Notes: generated from the sequence alone by a model not told the origin. Positions 47,382-56,140 are shown, counted from the first letter of the stretch. The stretch is 64,000 nucleotides of DNA from an uncultured Pelagibacteraceae bacterium (GCA_902544525.1 CACCCN010000001.1:41289-105288); one strand, 5' to 3'. Program-made: numbers and translations.

Positions 47382-48389
47382 GTTTATCGAAAGTTTTATC
47401 TTCCTAGCAATTTTCTCGATTAAATCAACTGTTACAGAATTCCCAGCTTGTTTGTATAGTTGGGACCTCGCAACATCTTTTGGAAATTTAATATTCTTAA
47501 AACCTTGTAATCGGAAACACTCTTTTGGTGTTAGCTTTCTGATGCCAAAATCATCCAGAATTAATGGTACATTATGCCCACCAGTACCCATATTAGCAGT
47601 TAATGTAGGGCACTCGTTGCTCTGATTTTCTCGAACATAGACCCTACGCCACTGATAAACTGTATCTTTGCGCTTAATAGTTTTCCTTAATTCTTTATAT
47701 GCATAAAAATCCTGGCGATAATAGAATTTTTCATCAACTTCTTTCTTCTCAAGGATTTGTTGAATATTTTTTTTACGCTTAGAGGGTTGAATATGATTTT
47801 TATCAAATAAATAACTGCTATATTTTTTTTGATTTTTTAAATCAAATTCCCAGTCTTTCTCATCTCTAAAACAAACAATAATGGTTCTTTCACGATTCTG
47901 GGGAATGTCTGTATAAACAGAAGTATTATAAACTTCCCAAAAAACTGAATAACCAAGTTCATGAAGTGTTTCAATAATAATATCTTTAGTTCTCCCTCCG
48001 TCATGTCCACTTAAATTCTTTACATTTTCAAGCATTAAAGCTTTAGGTTTTTCTTCTTTCTCCTCTAATTTTTTAATTAAATTCATTATTGAGTAAAATA
48101 AATTCCCGCGGGGATCCTTAAACCCTTTTTGATAACCTGCAACCGAGAATGCTTGACATGGGAACCCTCCAACTAATACGTCAACTGGGGTTAACTCATC
48201 AATAGTAAGATCATTAATATCTTTTTCTATGAGTTTATGTTCAGGATGATTTAATCTATACGTTTTACAGGCATTCTTATCAATTTCATTTGACCAATTA
48301 ATTTCAAAGCCAGCCCGTTCAAACGCAAGTTCAATTCCACCTACTCCTGAAAATAAACCTCCTACTGTAAGTTTTTTATTTACCATCAA
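47376..48389 (-). CDS. dcm: DNA (cytosine-5)-methyltransferase
   Basis: All hallmark motifs are present: I LFSGVGG, IV GGFPCQAFS, VI LMLENVKNL, VIII PQNRERTIIV, X AGNSVTV. Confidence 0.9.
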   Translation of the reverse strand: MMVNKKLTVGGLFSGVGGIELAFERAGFEINWSNEIDKNACKTYRLNHPEHKLIEKDINDLTIDELTPVDVLVGGFPCQAFSVAGYQKGFKDPRGNLFYSIMNLIKKLEEKEEKPKALMLENVKNLSGHDGGRTKDIIIETLHELGYSVFWEVYNTSVYTDIPQNRERTIIVCFRDEKDWEFDLKNQKKYSSYLFDKNHIQPSKRKKNIQQILEKKEVDEKFYYRQDFYAYKELRKTIKRKDTVYQWRRVYVRENQSNECPTLTANMGTGGHNVPLILDDFGIRKLTPKECFRLQGFKNIKFPKDVARSQLYKQAGNSVTVDLIEKIARKIKLSINL

Positions 48390-48837
48390 TTTTTTTAAAC
48401 TCTTGTTCAGTTATTGATTTTAAGCCCCCTTGAAAATATAGACCGTACTTATCTTTATTTTTTATAAAATCCAGTTCATTTATTTTAGATTTAACAGAAA
48501 AAGGTTGTTCAAAAATTTTAATCTCTTTGATTTTAATATATTTTTTAATAACAGACTTTTGATATGATTGATTAAAATTGTCGTAATGCATATCAAAGTC
48601 TTCTATGATCTTATCAGTAGTAAATGATGCAACAAAATGTTGGGAGTATTTATTTGTTCCAGCAAGATAAATTAAAAAATGACTTTCATTTTTAATTTTT
48701 TGAATGCCTGGGGTATTTCTGTATAAAGGCCATTTTTTTTCTTCAAGTCTTTTCATACTTATATCAAAAGCTGATACAAGCTGATCACTGTTATCGACAT
48801 CATATCCATCATTACAAATTAAATAAAAGTAGTTCAT
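48376..48837 (-). CDS. Hypothetical protein, PUA-like (EVE/ASCH-type) fold suspected
   Basis: 153 aa. The pattern MNYFYLICN...KKWPLYRNTPGIQKIKNESHFLIYLAG...LKSITEQEFKKI resembles stand-alone EVE/ASCH domains. This is by-eye pattern similarity only. Its stop overlaps the dcm start by 14 nt. Confidence 0.35.
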   Translation of the reverse strand: MNYFYLICNDGYDVDNSDQLVSAFDISMKRLEEKKWPLYRNTPGIQKIKNESHFLIYLAGTNKYSQHFVASFTTDKIIEDFDMHYDNFNQSYQKSVIKKYIKIKEIKIFEQPFSVKSKINELDFIKNKDKYGLYFQGGLKSITEQEFKKIDGK

Positions 48838-48863
48838 GCGTTTTATAATCCTAACTATAAAGC

Positions 48864-50198
48864 TTATTTACACCAATTTGTTTTATTATCCCGATCATAA
48901 ACAACTCCCAAGTTTTTACTTACAATATTAGTGGATACATCTTCGCCATCAACTATTAGATGAGCAAGAATTCTACCAAAATAATCTTCCTTATAATCTG
49001 TTTTAAACTTAATAGTTGCAGCATTAGCAATTAGGTTATTGAGATAATCTCTAGCTTTTAAGCCTAGTTCAAGCTCAGCCTCACATTTGGGTTTGGATAT
49101 TTCTGGGGTGTCTAATTCTAATAATCTGATTTTAGTATCAATTCCATTCAACGTTACGTAGCAGGTATCCCCATCATAGCAGTATTGATCTTTGTATTTA
49201 CGTAAAACAATTTTTTCCTCTACTAATTGTGAGTAAGCTATATAAATTTCTTCAGCGCTATTGATAGCTTTGACACCTGCTCCTGAAAACCGAGGTGGTA
49301 TAACATTAGGTGACGCATAAATATGACCTCCATTTAATAATGTATATAATCCAACAATTTTACTGCCATTGCTCTCTTTTTTAATAACAGAAGTTTCACC
49401 ATCTAAATTTTTAAATGCGATAATCTTCTCTGTGTACATAGATGTTAAATCTCTCCAATAATTGTAGGTTGCATCTGAAGATATAACAAATCCTCTGCTG
49501 TCATTTCCAAGAATTGAGACTAAACCACCTTGATGCGGATTGATTGTGTCAACCGCACCATTAAAAATCAGCATGTTGACTTCACGATTTGATCTAGAAC
49601 AATCGTTATTTTCCTCAATCGGAAGATTTGCAGCAAAGGCGGCGTATAATAAAATATCTTCTGGAATTTCATAAGCAAGTTTAAAAACCATATGACCACC
49701 ATTTGACATACCACTCACTACAATTCTGTTGGTGTCGATTCTAAAGTCAGTTTTTAGAAATTTTACTACTTGCTTAAAATAGCCTACGTCATCAATGTCT
49801 AATTCATTGGCGTCATAATCTGCTGTGCCCCTACAATCGTTCCAATGATTTTTATAGCCTTGCGGGTAAACAACTAAGAAACCTTTTTCCTCGGCTAGAT
49901 ATTCAAAGTCATATCCCGTAAAAACTCTCATTCCTTCTGCACTCTCTCTAGAGCCATGCAAAGCAAAAAAAACAGGGGCATCATTTTTTAGTGAACTTGG
50001 AATATATACACCATAAGTCCTGGTTAAATCATCATGCGTAAAAGAATAAGTTTTATATGTTCCTTGTGAAGGTGGATCTCTTAAGACTTCAGCCGTTGTA
50101 TAGTAGCTTAAAACTGCTAAGGCAAGATAAATACCAAAGACTATACCAATAAAAAATAAAAAATAATTTGAGGCAATAATTTTTTTTAATGGAATCAT
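48864..50198 (-). CDS. Membrane-anchored fusion: alpha/beta-hydrolase (PHB-depolymerase/LpqC-type esterase) plus C-terminal staphylococcal-nuclease (SNase) domain
   Basis: N-terminal TM helix. The esterase part has ALHGS and the nucleophile elbow GMSNGGHM. The C-terminal DGDTCYV...IRLLELDTPE...YFGRILAHLIVDGEDV matches SNase Ca/catalytic motifs (compare RLLLVDTPE in S. aureus nuclease). ATG at 50198; the ORF track uses TTG 50219. Confidence 0.7.
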   Translation of the reverse strand: MIPLKKIIASNYFLFFIGIVFGIYLALAVLSYYTTAEVLRDPPSQGTYKTYSFTHDDLTRTYGVYIPSSLKNDAPVFFALHGSRESAEGMRVFTGYDFEYLAEEKGFLVVYPQGYKNHWNDCRGTADYDANELDIDDVGYFKQVVKFLKTDFRIDTNRIVVSGMSNGGHMVFKLAYEIPEDILLYAAFAANLPIEENNDCSRSNREVNMLIFNGAVDTINPHQGGLVSILGNDSRGFVISSDATYNYWRDLTSMYTEKIIAFKNLDGETSVIKKESNGSKIVGLYTLLNGGHIYASPNVIPPRFSGAGVKAINSAEEIYIAYSQLVEEKIVLRKYKDQYCYDGDTCYVTLNGIDTKIRLLELDTPEISKPKCEAELELGLKARDYLNNLIANAATIKFKTDYKEDYFGRILAHLIVDGEDVSTNIVSKNLGVVYDRDNKTNWCK

Positions 50199-50279
50199 AC
50201 TAAATAAATTAAGTAACAAATCATTCCTAAAAATCCTAGTAGTGTACCTAAAGTTAAAATTAAAATTTTATACTTCATA

Positions 50280-51017
50280 TTAATATTTAACTTCCATAAA
50301 ATATAAACCTTCAGCCGGTGCAAGCGCACCACACTTGCTTCTGTCTTTTGCATCTAATGCTTGTTGCAACCGCTCAATATCCCATAGTCCTTCACCTACC
50401 ATTTTTATCGTACCAACCAGGGATCGGATTTGATGTTGCAGGAAAGATGGTGCTACAAAACCAAAATAAATATTATCATCTTGTTGCGTAATTTTGCAGC
50501 TATTCAGGGTTTTTATCGGAGATTTTGACTGGCAATTAACTGATCGAAACGTGGTAAAATCATGCTTTCCTTCAATGATGGGAGCGCAGGCTTGCATCTT
50601 TTCTAAGTTTAGATTTTTCATAACCAGCCAAGCTCTGCCTTTCTCAATCGATAATGGTGAATTACGATTGACGATGCGATACAGATATTTTCGTTCTTTA
50701 GCATCAAACCTCGAGTGAAATTTAGCGTCTACTTCAGTCACATCTAAAACTGAAATGGGATAAATTTTTAAATGATGATTTAAACCAGTTTTGATTGAGT
50801 AAGTATCAAGTTCTTTGTGTTGAATATCAAAATGTGCTACTTGCCCAGTGGCATGTACGCCTGCATCAGTCCTACCGGCACCAAACAAAACTGGTTTTTC
50901 TTGAAACATACTTTCAATCGCTGTTTCAATGCACTCTTGAACGGATAAACCATTTTCCTGTCGCTGCCAGCCAACAAATGGAGTGCCATCGTATTCAATA
51001 ATTATTTTATATCGCAT
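50280..51017 (-). CDS. truA: tRNA pseudouridine(38-40) synthase
   Basis: Motifs YDGTPFVGWQRQ and GAGRTDAGVHA (the catalytic Asp). Confidence 0.9.
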   Translation of the reverse strand: MRYKIIIEYDGTPFVGWQRQENGLSVQECIETAIESMFQEKPVLFGAGRTDAGVHATGQVAHFDIQHKELDTYSIKTGLNHHLKIYPISVLDVTEVDAKFHSRFDAKERKYLYRIVNRNSPLSIEKGRAWLVMKNLNLEKMQACAPIIEGKHDFTTFRSVNCQSKSPIKTLNSCKITQQDDNIYFGFVAPSFLQHQIRSLVGTIKMVGEGLWDIERLQQALDAKDRSKCGALAPAEGLYFMEVKY

Positions 51018-51934
51018 TACAGTTTAGTGCCGACATTTACTTTATTACCTTTTAAAAATTCTGTAAGTGTGACAAGACCTTTACCTTCTTTTTTTAAAGT
51101 CAGTGGTTGTAATGCTTGTTGACCACAGCCAATTAGCAATTCATCATTTAAAATTTCACCAGGATTACCATCTATATCAATAACTTTTGAACTCATGACT
51201 TTTATTCGTTTGCCATCCATTTCAAACCAGGCGCCGGGGTTAGGATTAAAAGCTCGTATTTTTTGATTAATAAGCTGCGCGTTATCTTGCCAATTAATCT
51301 TGGCCTCAGTTTTATCTATTTTATTAGCGTACGTTGCTAAATTATCATCTTGTTTAATTGCTTCTCCACCAGTATTAAGTTTATCGAAAAAATTATTTAA
51401 TAACGTCTTACCAAGCTGGGATAGATTTTTTTCTAAATCTTGATAACTATCTTCATCATTAATTATTAACTCGGCATCAAGTAAAACATCTCCAGTATCC
51501 AACCCTTCATCAACTTTAATAAAAGATACGCCGGTAACTTTATCGCCCGCAATAATAGATCTTTGTATTGGTGCAGCACCACGATATTTAGGCAATAGTG
51601 AACCGTGTAAGTTGAAGCAGCCTAATTTTGGAATATCGATAATTTCTTTTGGAAGAATATAACCATATGCAATCACAAAAATAATATCAGGGCTTAATTC
51701 ATTGATTTTGTTGATTATTTCTGGATCTTTAAGGCTTGTGGGATATTCAAGTGGTAGCTGATACTCTTCAGCAAACTTAGCCACGGGCGATAACGTTTTC
51801 TTCATGCCACGATTAGCTAGTTTTGGTGGCGCACTAAACACCGCTTGAATATTAACAGACGACTCCAACAACCCTTCTAAAATTGGAACAGCAAATTTTG
51901 ATGTTCCCATAAATAAAACATTGTAGTTCTGCAT
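51017..51934 (-). CDS. fmt: Methionyl-tRNA formyltransferase
   Basis: FMGT N-terminus and NLHGSLLPKYRGAAPIQ. Confidence 0.9.
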   Translation of the reverse strand: MQNYNVLFMGTSKFAVPILEGLLESSVNIQAVFSAPPKLANRGMKKTLSPVAKFAEEYQLPLEYPTSLKDPEIINKINELSPDIIFVIAYGYILPKEIIDIPKLGCFNLHGSLLPKYRGAAPIQRSIIAGDKVTGVSFIKVDEGLDTGDVLLDAELIINDEDSYQDLEKNLSQLGKTLLNNFFDKLNTGGEAIKQDDNLATYANKIDKTEAKINWQDNAQLINQKIRAFNPNPGAWFEMDGKRIKVMSSKVIDIDGNPGEILNDELLIGCGQQALQPLTLKKEGKGLVTLTEFLKGNKVNVGTKL

Positions 51935-51945
51935 TTTTAAAATCC

Positions 51946-52551
51946 TTAAATTTTTTGTCGTGAACTTAACGCTGCTGCGAGTGTACCTTCATCCATGTAG
52001 TCTAATTCACCACCAACAGGTACACCATGTCCTAATCTTGAAACAGTAACATTACAATCTTTCAAACAATCAGCAACATAGTGTGCTGTAGTTTGACCAT
52101 CCACTGTTGCGCTTAGAGCTAAAATAACTTCAGTGACATTTTCAACCTGTGATCGTTCTACTAACTTTCTTACCTTCAGATCATCTGGTCCCACCCCATT
52201 AATAGCAGATAGTGTTCCACCTAATACATGATAAGCGCCATTGTAAAGTTCAGCTTTTTCCAATGCCCATAAATCAGCCACATCTTCGACAACACAAATT
52301 TGTGTTTGATCACGCTGTTCATCTTGGCAAATAGCACAAGGTGAAGTTAAATCAATGTTACCACAATTTTCACATGTTAAAATATTTTTACTTGCTGAGA
52401 GTAATGACTCTGAAAGAGGTACCATCAACTGATCTTTGCGTTTTAATAAATGTAACACTGCACGACTTGCTGATTTAGGTCCATAACCAGGTAACTTACT
52501 TATAAGTAAGATGAGTTTATCAATTTCTTCGTTAGAATATTTACGCCGCAT
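51946..52551 (-). CDS. recR: Recombination protein RecR
   Basis: [11 protein letters not shown] HhH motif, C4 zinc finger CENCGN...CAIC, and a Toprim domain. Confidence 0.95.
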   Translation of the reverse strand: MRRKYSNEEIDKLILLISKLPGYGPKSASRAVLHLLKRKDQLMVPLSESLLSASKNILTCENCGNIDLTSPCAICQDEQRDQTQICVVEDVADLWALEKAELYNGAYHVLGGTLSAINGVGPDDLKVRKLVERSQVENVTEVILALSATVDGQTTAHYVADCLKDCNVTVSRLGHGVPVGGELDYMDEGTLAAALSSRQKI

Positions 52552-52552
52552 A

Positions 52553-52876
52553 TCAGATCGGCATCTTGAATCCTGGCGGTAATTTTAAACCTCCAGTAAT
52601 TGAGCTCATTTCATCGGCAGTTTTTTGCTGAACTTTTTCTTTAGCATCATTGTGTGCTGCTAAAATAAGATCTTCTAAGATATCTATTTCGTCTGCAACT
52701 AATAGTGATGGATCAATAGTTACATTCGTGACCATGCTTTTACCATTGACCGATACCTTTACTAAGCCTCCACCTGCAGTACCTTCAGCTTCAAGTTCTT
52801 CAACTTTTTTTTGCGCATCCATCATTTTTGATTGCAGTTCTTGGGCTTGTTTCAGCATATTATTAAAATCAGTCAT
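52553..52876 (-). CDS. ybaB: YbaB/EbfC nucleoid-associated protein
   Basis: 107 aa beginning [22 protein letters not shown], with a C-terminal PGFKMP. Lies between dnaX and recR. Confidence 0.9.
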   Translation of the reverse strand: MTDFNNMLKQAQELQSKMMDAQKKVEELEAEGTAGGGLVKVSVNGKSMVTNVTIDPSLLVADEIDILEDLILAAHNDAKEKVQQKTADEMSSITGGLKLPPGFKMPI

Positions 52877-52892
52877 TACTCTTCTTTCTATA

Positions 52893-54182
52893 TTAATTAT
52901 CTAATGTTTCAACTTCTGCGCCTGGGAAAAAATCAATGATTTCCTGGACTTTTGGGTCAATTTTTGGTGCACTTGCCTTCTTTTGAATAGGGGTAGGATC
53001 TGTATCTGTCGAATCATCCTCTTCAATAGTTTTCGAAATTTCTTCAATCAGCTCATTTGGTTTTGGAATATCGGCAGTATACGCAATTCTAATTAGCAAC
53101 ATCTCTAAAGCACTAATAGGTGAAAAGGTATCGGATACTTCTTGTAACCCTTTATGTAGCATTTGCCAAACCATCGACAAGGTTCCCACTTGTAGTTTGC
53201 TTGCTAATTCTTCTAATGCCTTGAATTCCGCATCAGTATGTGAAAGTCGTAAACTTTCTGCTGCATCGACTTTAAATAATGTCAGATAGTGAACAATATG
53301 TATGAGATCTCTAAGTATCAACAATGGATCTGCGCCACCATCATAAAGTAAATTTAATTTATCAATCGCTCCTAGTGTTTGTCCTTCCATTAATAGTGAA
53401 ACTAAATTTAAGATTTCTACTGGATCATTAAGACCAATCATGTCTTTTACTAAGTCTTCTGAAATATTTGATTCAGAATAAGCAATGGCTTGATCGAGTA
53501 AAGATAAGCCATCACGCACAGATCCTTCGGCAGATCGGGAAATAATTTTTAGTGCACCTTCTTCAATGGGTACACCTTCTTTGTCACAAATAGTTTTAAA
53601 AAAATCACTTAATTCATTCGGTTCTATTCGTTTCAAATCATAACGCTGGCATCGAGATAAAATTGTTGCAGGAATTTTTCTAACTTCAGTTGTTGCAAAA
53701 ATAAATTTGACATGTTCAGGGGGCTCTTCAAGCGTTTTTAATAATCCATTAAAAGCAGCATTAGATAACATATGTATCTCATCGATAATATATACTTTAA
53801 AGTTTGATGATACGGGTGCGTATTGAACACCATCAATTAGTTCACGGATATCATTGATACCTGTTCTTGAAGCAGCATCCATTTCCAATACATCTATGCT
53901 ACGTGACTCAGCGATGGCTATACAATTATCGCATTTACCGCAAGGCTCTTGAAATTCACCGCTACTTAAATCAACCTCTCTACAATTCAAAGCTTTAGCA
54001 ATAATTCTTGCTGTTGTTGTTTTTCCTACACCACGGACACCTGTAAGTAAGTAGGCATTAGCAACACGATTTAACTTTATTGCATTTTTAATAGTTTGTG
54101 CCATTAACTCTTGTCCAATTAATTCAGAAAAATTATTAGGACGATACTTAAGTGGTAGCGGTATATGTCTTTGCTCTTCCAT
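52893..54182 (-). CDS. dnaX: DNA polymerase III subunit gamma/tau (short form, 429 aa)
   Basis: Walker A GVRGVGKTT, zinc module CGKCDNC, DEIHML, and SRC motif LSRCQ. Confidence 0.9.
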   Translation of the reverse strand: MEEQRHIPLPLKYRPNNFSELIGQELMAQTIKNAIKLNRVANAYLLTGVRGVGKTTTARIIAKALNCREVDLSSGEFQEPCGKCDNCIAIAESRSIDVLEMDAASRTGINDIRELIDGVQYAPVSSNFKVYIIDEIHMLSNAAFNGLLKTLEEPPEHVKFIFATTEVRKIPATILSRCQRYDLKRIEPNELSDFFKTICDKEGVPIEEGALKIISRSAEGSVRDGLSLLDQAIAYSESNISEDLVKDMIGLNDPVEILNLVSLLMEGQTLGAIDKLNLLYDGGADPLLILRDLIHIVHYLTLFKVDAAESLRLSHTDAEFKALEELASKLQVGTLSMVWQMLHKGLQEVSDTFSPISALEMLLIRIAYTADIPKPNELIEEISKTIEEDDSTDTDPTPIQKKASAPKIDPKVQEIIDFFPGAEVETLDN

Positions 54183-54207
54183 AATGAATGAATAACTTTA
54201 ATTTAGT

Positions 54208-54297
54208 GGGAGATTAAAACAACCCAAGTATTGCCTCTACGGCTGCTGCATTTCTGCCCTGACCGATTTCGAGATATACTCGTCTGCATAATCTCCC
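54208..54297 (-). ncRNA. ffs: Signal recognition particle RNA (4.5S, small type)
   Basis: The reverse complement GGGAGAUUA...GGUCAGGGCAGAAAUGCAGCAGCC...UAAUCUCCC has a 9-bp closing helix. It also has a domain IV-like motif with a GNRA tetraloop (compare E. coli GGUCAGGUCCGGAAGGAAGCAGCC). It lies 25 nt upstream of dnaX, the usual position. Confidence 0.75.
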
Positions 54298-54366
54298 GAT
54301 ATATTATAGCAGACAGATATGTAAAATTGCTTTAATAAAATAAGATACTTAACAACTAATTTTTTG

Positions 54367-55299
54367 ATGAATTCAATTACTTTTAGCCATAATCCAATTG
54401 ACCGTGCATCCCAACTTCGCAGTAATAAAGAATGGCAACAAGAATCAATAACCTCTGAAAAATCTTTATTTATGATCTTTTTTGAGGATCGACCTCTCAT
54501 TAAAGTCAGTAAAGATCATTCCACTAAGCCCGAAATATTATGGGTTTCATATCAACAGTTAGCACCCTTACTAACCAATGATGTAAGCCCACTTTTTTTG
54601 GGTATAAAGGATGATCTACCATATTATGCGGTTGATTTTAGTATTCTGGATTTAGATCAAATGTTATCACATCCCAGTTTCGCTAATTGTAAATTTATTG
54701 ATGCGCGCTCTATTGCCCTAAGCATAGATGTTGCAAGCACAGGAATAATTGCTCAAGCAAAATCAAACTTTGAATGGAATAAAAAAAATATTTATTGCTC
54801 AATATGTCCAGGAGTAAAACTAGAAACTAAAGACACAGGATATAAAAAATGTTGCCCTCAGTGTGGCACTGAATACTTCCCACGTGTGGACCCAGTTGTA
54901 ATCATGTTGCCTTGTTTTGAAGATAAATGTTTGCTGGGAAGACAAAAAGCTTTTCCTCCTGGAATGTTTTCTGCTCTTGCAGGATTCGTTGAACCAGGCG
55001 AAACTATTGAAGAGGCGGTAATAAGAGAAATTCATGAAGAAGTCGGCTTAGAATCTAGAGACGTAAATTATAAGTTTACTCAGCCCTGGCCCTTTCCATC
55101 ATCACTTATGATTGGGTGTACGGCATTAGTTGATAATCCTAAATTTAAAGTAGACGATGAGGAAATTGAGGAGGCTATTTGGCTCAACAAAGAAGATTTA
55201 ACGAAAATATTAGTTGGCAAAAGTGAAAAAAGAATCTGGATACCACCACCCATGGCAATTGCACATCAATTAATTATAAATTGGATGGAAGCAAACTAA
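54367..55299 (+). CDS. nudC: NAD(+) diphosphatase (NADH pyrophosphatase)
   Basis: Zinc ribbon CSICPG...CPQCG followed by the Nudix box GFVEPGETIEEAVIREIHEEVG and the SQPWPFPSS-like TQPWPFPSS motif. Confidence 0.85.
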   Translation: MNSITFSHNPIDRASQLRSNKEWQQESITSEKSLFMIFFEDRPLIKVSKDHSTKPEILWVSYQQLAPLLTNDVSPLFLGIKDDLPYYAVDFSILDLDQMLSHPSFANCKFIDARSIALSIDVASTGIIAQAKSNFEWNKKNIYCSICPGVKLETKDTGYKKCCPQCGTEYFPRVDPVVIMLPCFEDKCLLGRQKAFPPGMFSALAGFVEPGETIEEAVIREIHEEVGLESRDVNYKFTQPWPFPSSLMIGCTALVDNPKFKVDDEEIEEAIWLNKEDLTKILVGKSEKRIWIPPPMAIAHQLIINWMEAN

Positions 55300-56135
55300 G
55301 ACTTTGATCGATATTTATGTTTTGGATACTCACCTAAAATTCGAAGCATATTGGTATAATGTTTCACTTCTTCAATGGCACCAGCAACTACTGGGTCACC
55401 AAGATGTCCTTCAAACTCAATATAAAATTGCGCTTTATTAAAATCGCTTTCAATAATAAAGCTTTCTAACTTAATCATATTCACGCCATTAGTAGCAAAG
55501 CCACCAAGAGCTTTGTATAAAGCGGATGGAATACTTTTAGTTTCTATAATACAGCTAGTTAAATAATCTAAATTTTTATCTTTTTCCTGCTGCAGGTCTT
55601 TCGACATTACTAAAAAGCGAGTGGTATTCATTTTATCATCTTCAATATCAGCTTGTACTATTTCTAAATTATAAATTTCAGCAGCAAGTTCTGAGGCAAT
55701 TGCCGCCTCGGTGTCTGAACCATAACTACTTAAATATTTAGCAGAGCCTGCTGTATCTGCCATGGCAATAGGTTGTAAATTTAGACTTTCGATAACTTTA
55801 GTGCATTGCCCTAAACCCATTACATGACTTCTAACCGATTTTAATGCTTCCACTTTAACGCCTGGTTTTGCGATTAATTGATGTCTTACTTTTTCAAAGT
55901 GCTCTGCGTATATTTTTAAGTCAGAATTACCTACAAGTTTATGAATGTCAGCAACTCTTCCAGCGGCTGAATTTTCAACTGGTATCATCGCTAAATTAGT
56001 TTCACCACTACTTACACATGCCAATGCTTCTGTGAAGTTATTACAAGGTACAACTTCATGATCACTGAATACATTTTTGCAAGCAAGATGGGAGTATGCT
56101 CCAAGCTCGCCCTGAAATGAAATTTTTTTGGTCAT
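55296..56135 (-). CDS. pheA: Prephenate dehydratase
   Basis: N-terminal ISFQGELGAYSH, a TRF motif (NTTRFLV), and a C-terminal ACT domain. Confidence 0.85.
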   Translation of the reverse strand: MTKKISFQGELGAYSHLACKNVFSDHEVVPCNNFTEALACVSSGETNLAMIPVENSAAGRVADIHKLVGNSDLKIYAEHFEKVRHQLIAKPGVKVEALKSVRSHVMGLGQCTKVIESLNLQPIAMADTAGSAKYLSSYGSDTEAAIASELAAEIYNLEIVQADIEDDKMNTTRFLVMSKDLQQEKDKNLDYLTSCIIETKSIPSALYKALGGFATNGVNMIKLESFIIESDFNKAQFYIEFEGHLGDPVVAGAIEEVKHYTNMLRILGEYPKHKYRSKS

Positions 56136-56140
56136 TGTAA

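Noticed and set aside
53593-53606. T7 run in dnaX coding sequence (gat ttt ttt aaa) as a possible programmed -1 frameshift site like the E. coli gamma/tau signal
   Set aside because: It lies at about residue 190 in domain II, not at a gamma/tau boundary. A shift there would destroy the clamp-loader core. The ORF is already gamma-length.
54237-54500. 87-aa minus-strand ORF
   Set aside because: It overlaps the SRP RNA (54208-54297) and the 5' end of nudC. It is better explained as a chance ORF over a structured RNA gene.
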